From NCBI RefSeq assembly GCF_016432865.1, contig NC_067399.1, positions 2,852,001 to 2,916,000 on the forward strand: 64,000 nucleotides of DNA. The letters run 5' to 3'. This stretch comes from Antechinus flavipes (Eukaryota). The position numbers were made by a program, and so were the translations under genes. The notes beneath the pieces were generated by a model. The model had not been told where the DNA came from, ran no database searches, and saw only the letters and a program-made list of their open reading frames with translations. Shown in pieces: positions 61,376 to 64,000 of this stretch (the first letter of the stretch is position 1; each line of letters starts with the position of its first letter).

Positions 61376-64000
61376 CCCTCTTGGTTTAGGACTCTCCATT
61401 TCTCTCAGGGAGTGTGGCCCCAAGCCTTCAGGGTCTCTGTTCTAGACTTTTCCTGCAGGTTTCTAGGACACTCCAAGCCCAGTTTCTCAGGGAGCTGAGG
61501 AAAAGAAGAAACTGGACACCATGTTCAAAATCCAGGACAAGAAGTCGCCTTCTTTTCCTCTCCTCCTGCAGAAGAAAGGCTAACTACGGGTAGATGTGCT
61601 GTGGTGGGGATTCCTCTAGGGATGGAGGGCTGCTAAGATCCTTTCAAATTTCCAAATTCTGTTGCTTTGTGATTATCCCATGTCTCCACCCTGCCAAGCC
61701 TTCCTGCTCTATTCATCCAAGTCTGAGGATTTCCTTACTTGGAAAGGAACACAGAAGGAAATATGGCTTGAGTCATGCTTCCTTCTCTCCTCCTCCTCCT
61801 CCTCCCTCTCGGAGCAGCTGCCACAGTCTGGTTCTTTTCTTTCTCTTGCCTGCACCCCCAGCCCCTGATTTCATCTTTACCTTTTCACTTATGTGTCCCT
61901 CTTCACGTTCCTTAGACTTGTATTCCACCGAGGGACAGGTTTCCTCCCTGGCTATGGTTCCACCAGTCTCAGGGGCAGCCTTGAGGTCAGCCCCGCTTCC
62001 TTGGGTGGAGGAGCATCCCTCCATTTTTCTGCCAGGGAAGGGGCACCTGCCTTTGACTATGGCCCCATCTTGGGTTCTTCTCTCCAGTACGCTCCTGAGG
62101 CTGCCCCTAAATCCCCTCCAACCATGGGCACACCTGGAGTCATCCCCGGCAGGTGCTTTGGGAAGCTTTGTGGGCATCTCTCTCTCTGTACATCCACATG
62201 GCTTACAGTCCCCAAATGCCCCCACGTATAGGCTGTGTGTCCTTTGTCAAAGCTCTCGAGCTTTCTGGGCTTGGCTTGAGTGATCTTGGGGGTGATCTCA
62301 GGGGCGATTTCTGGGGCAATCTCAGGGGTGATCTCGGGGGTGATCTCGGGGATGGTCAGGGCTAAGCTGCCTCTCCCAAGAGATGGTTTCTGAAGCCAGG
62401 GAAGGGGGAAGGCTGTGTGACAGCATAGCAATCTCTGCCATTCTTAGTGGGCTGACGATGAGACCCATGGAAGCAGTAACATATGGACCCTCTTGCCTTT
62501 GCTCCCAGGCTCCTGCTCTCTACCTCCGGGTGCCTCCTTTGCATTTGTACCTGGAAATAAGTTGTCTTTGTAGCGCCAGCTCGGCGCTGCCTTCTCAGGA
62601 ACCTCCACTCTAGATGTGATTTCTCTCCTCTGGACGAACCCAAGACCAGCAACCTTCTCCGGGCCAGAGCCCCCCTTGCCTCCCTCTGATTATCGGCGCT
62701 CGTGCCATCTCCTCTGGACAAGCGGATGTTCCTGAGAGCAGAGACCATCCCGGTGGCCCCTCGGTCTCCCGGAAAGCCCAGCACTACCTCTAGCACGCAG
62801 GCGATATTCGATGAATGACTGACACGGAAGAACACTGAGGCGCGACCTCTCTCTGCTAGCTCTGTGAGCTCACTGGGAATCTTCTGTGAGGTTTTGTGCC
62901 CACCTGCCTGGCCTCTCCACCCAATGGCCCCTTTCTCTGCAGCCCCGGGGCTTTCAGGGAGGCACCCGCTCCCCCCCTTACTTCTTATGGAGGCCTTGGG
63001 AATTCATCAGAGCCCACAAATCAGGGGTCGCTCATGAGCCGGCTCCTTCTGTCCAGCTTGTTCAGGTCTGTTCGCAGTGAATGCGATCCAGGGGGTCCCA
63101 GCATCTGCCCCTCCCTCCCCCTGTTTCTCAGCCTGTTTTCCCAGAAGGAATCTAAGCTCTTACTCAAGCTTTGACCTCCCCCTTACTTCTCTCAGTCCTT
63201 AAGGGGGATGATCAGGCAGGAGAAATCGGGGAGCCAGATTTGGTCTCCATGGATGGGCTGGAAGGAAATGGACTTTTGGACAAGTGCAGAAAGCCAGAGA
63301 CTCCTCTGAGAGGTGGCGAGTCACCTCTGGCTGTGGTGCTTCAGGAGGACAGGAAGTGCTCACTTGCCAGGGAGTTGGTGAGGGTGTGGGGGAGAGGGGC
63401 ACGGTGCCTGAGGTGGAGGAGGGCCTGGATAACCCAGGGAGTCACCTCCCCTCGGAGACAGCCCGGGAGGTGCTCTTCGTGCCCCGGCCTGGAGATGATG
63501 GCCATGGGAAGGAGTCTCATGAGGGTGGGCAGCCAGGGTGGGCGTCGTCCCGGGCACCGCTCCCACGATGCCTTCTTGGGGCTTTGTTTTCAGTCCCAGA
63601 GAAGTCGGGGCTATTTTTATCTCCTACCTGGGAGTCGGAGGCACTGCTGCCTAGCAAGGGGAGGGTGGTGGAGTCTGAACAATGCACAGCGTGAATTATT
63701 AACTGCGGCTCTCCTTGCCCCCTCCTCCCTTCCTGTGGAGCAGGAGGTATCGTCAGCCCATCACTTATCCCACCTGAGAGGCCCCCTCCTCCCCCAGCCA
63801 GGGCAGAGCCCATGCCCGACCAAACGGCCATCTCCGGGCAGGATCCGAAGGGGAGAGGTGGGGCTTAGTGGGGGAGTGACCCCGGGCTGTCAGCTGTCTG
63901 ACCTGCAGCAATCTGCCCGCATTGATTTGTTCTAATTCTTCAGCATCACTAATTGGTCCCCAGCTGATTAGCAGTTCGCATTCAGAAGAGCAGCCTTGAG
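61376..64000 (-). pseudogene. Candidate decayed large exon plus a downstream ~190-nt exon of an unidentified Pro/Ser/Gly-rich protein gene
   Basis: GT-AG intron candidate 61738-61566 (CCAA|GTAAGG ... cctttcttctgcag|); long stop-sparse frames broken by TGA/TAG/TAA; repeat varying mainly at synonymous sites; no homology recognised. Confidence 0.35.
62281..62352 (-). repeat. Six copies of a 12-bp tandem repeat (PEIT/PEIA on the minus strand)
   Basis: tgatcttggggg / tgatctcagggg / cgatttctgggg / caatctcagggg / tgatctcggggg / tgatctcgggga. Confidence 0.9.

Noticed and set aside
61594-62283. 229-codon plus-strand ORF
   Set aside because: Composition (Ser/Pro/Leu/Phe runs) is the antisense of purine-rich minus-strand sequence; no homology recognised
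63171-63935. 254-codon plus-strand ORF
   Set aside because: TTG start, no recognisable domain or splice context; expected as a shadow frame in GC-rich or antisense-coding DNA
1-64000. CRISPR arrays, tRNA or rRNA genes
   Set aside because: None seen; tRNA-like A/B boxes belong to SINE heads, and the tRNA-Glu complement is a retroviral PBS

Overview
Eukaryotic genomic DNA from a marsupial, probably a dasyurid such as the Tasmanian devil (inferred from WSINE1/MAR1-type SINEs and the L1 3' ends), in a scaffold with four N-gaps. I find no intact protein-coding gene; the ORF track is almost all repeat remnants, microsatellite translations or GC-rich shadow frames. The left part is dense in L1 (including a HAL1-like, ORF2-less L1), L2, L3/CR1 and CORE-SINEs. 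The right part is GC-richer, with two orphan CpG islands and several AT-rich enhancer-like blocks. The clearest element is a 5.28-kb non-coding ERV1-like provirus (41901-47182). It has 485-bp LTRs that look identical by eye, a 4-bp ATAG target-site duplication (TSD), a tRNA-Glu primer-binding site (PBS), a duplicated polypurine tract (PPT) enclosing a possible vestigial LTR start, a hairpin-occluded bidirectional poly(A) signal and an internal hairpin cluster. Several local copy events are visible: a perfect 52-bp inverted copy, a 249-bp non-tandem insertion, and a 669-bp duplication bounded by microhomology. The last 2.6 kb may be decayed exons of an unidentified minus-strand gene. All alignments were made by eye, and old-repeat boundaries are approximate.
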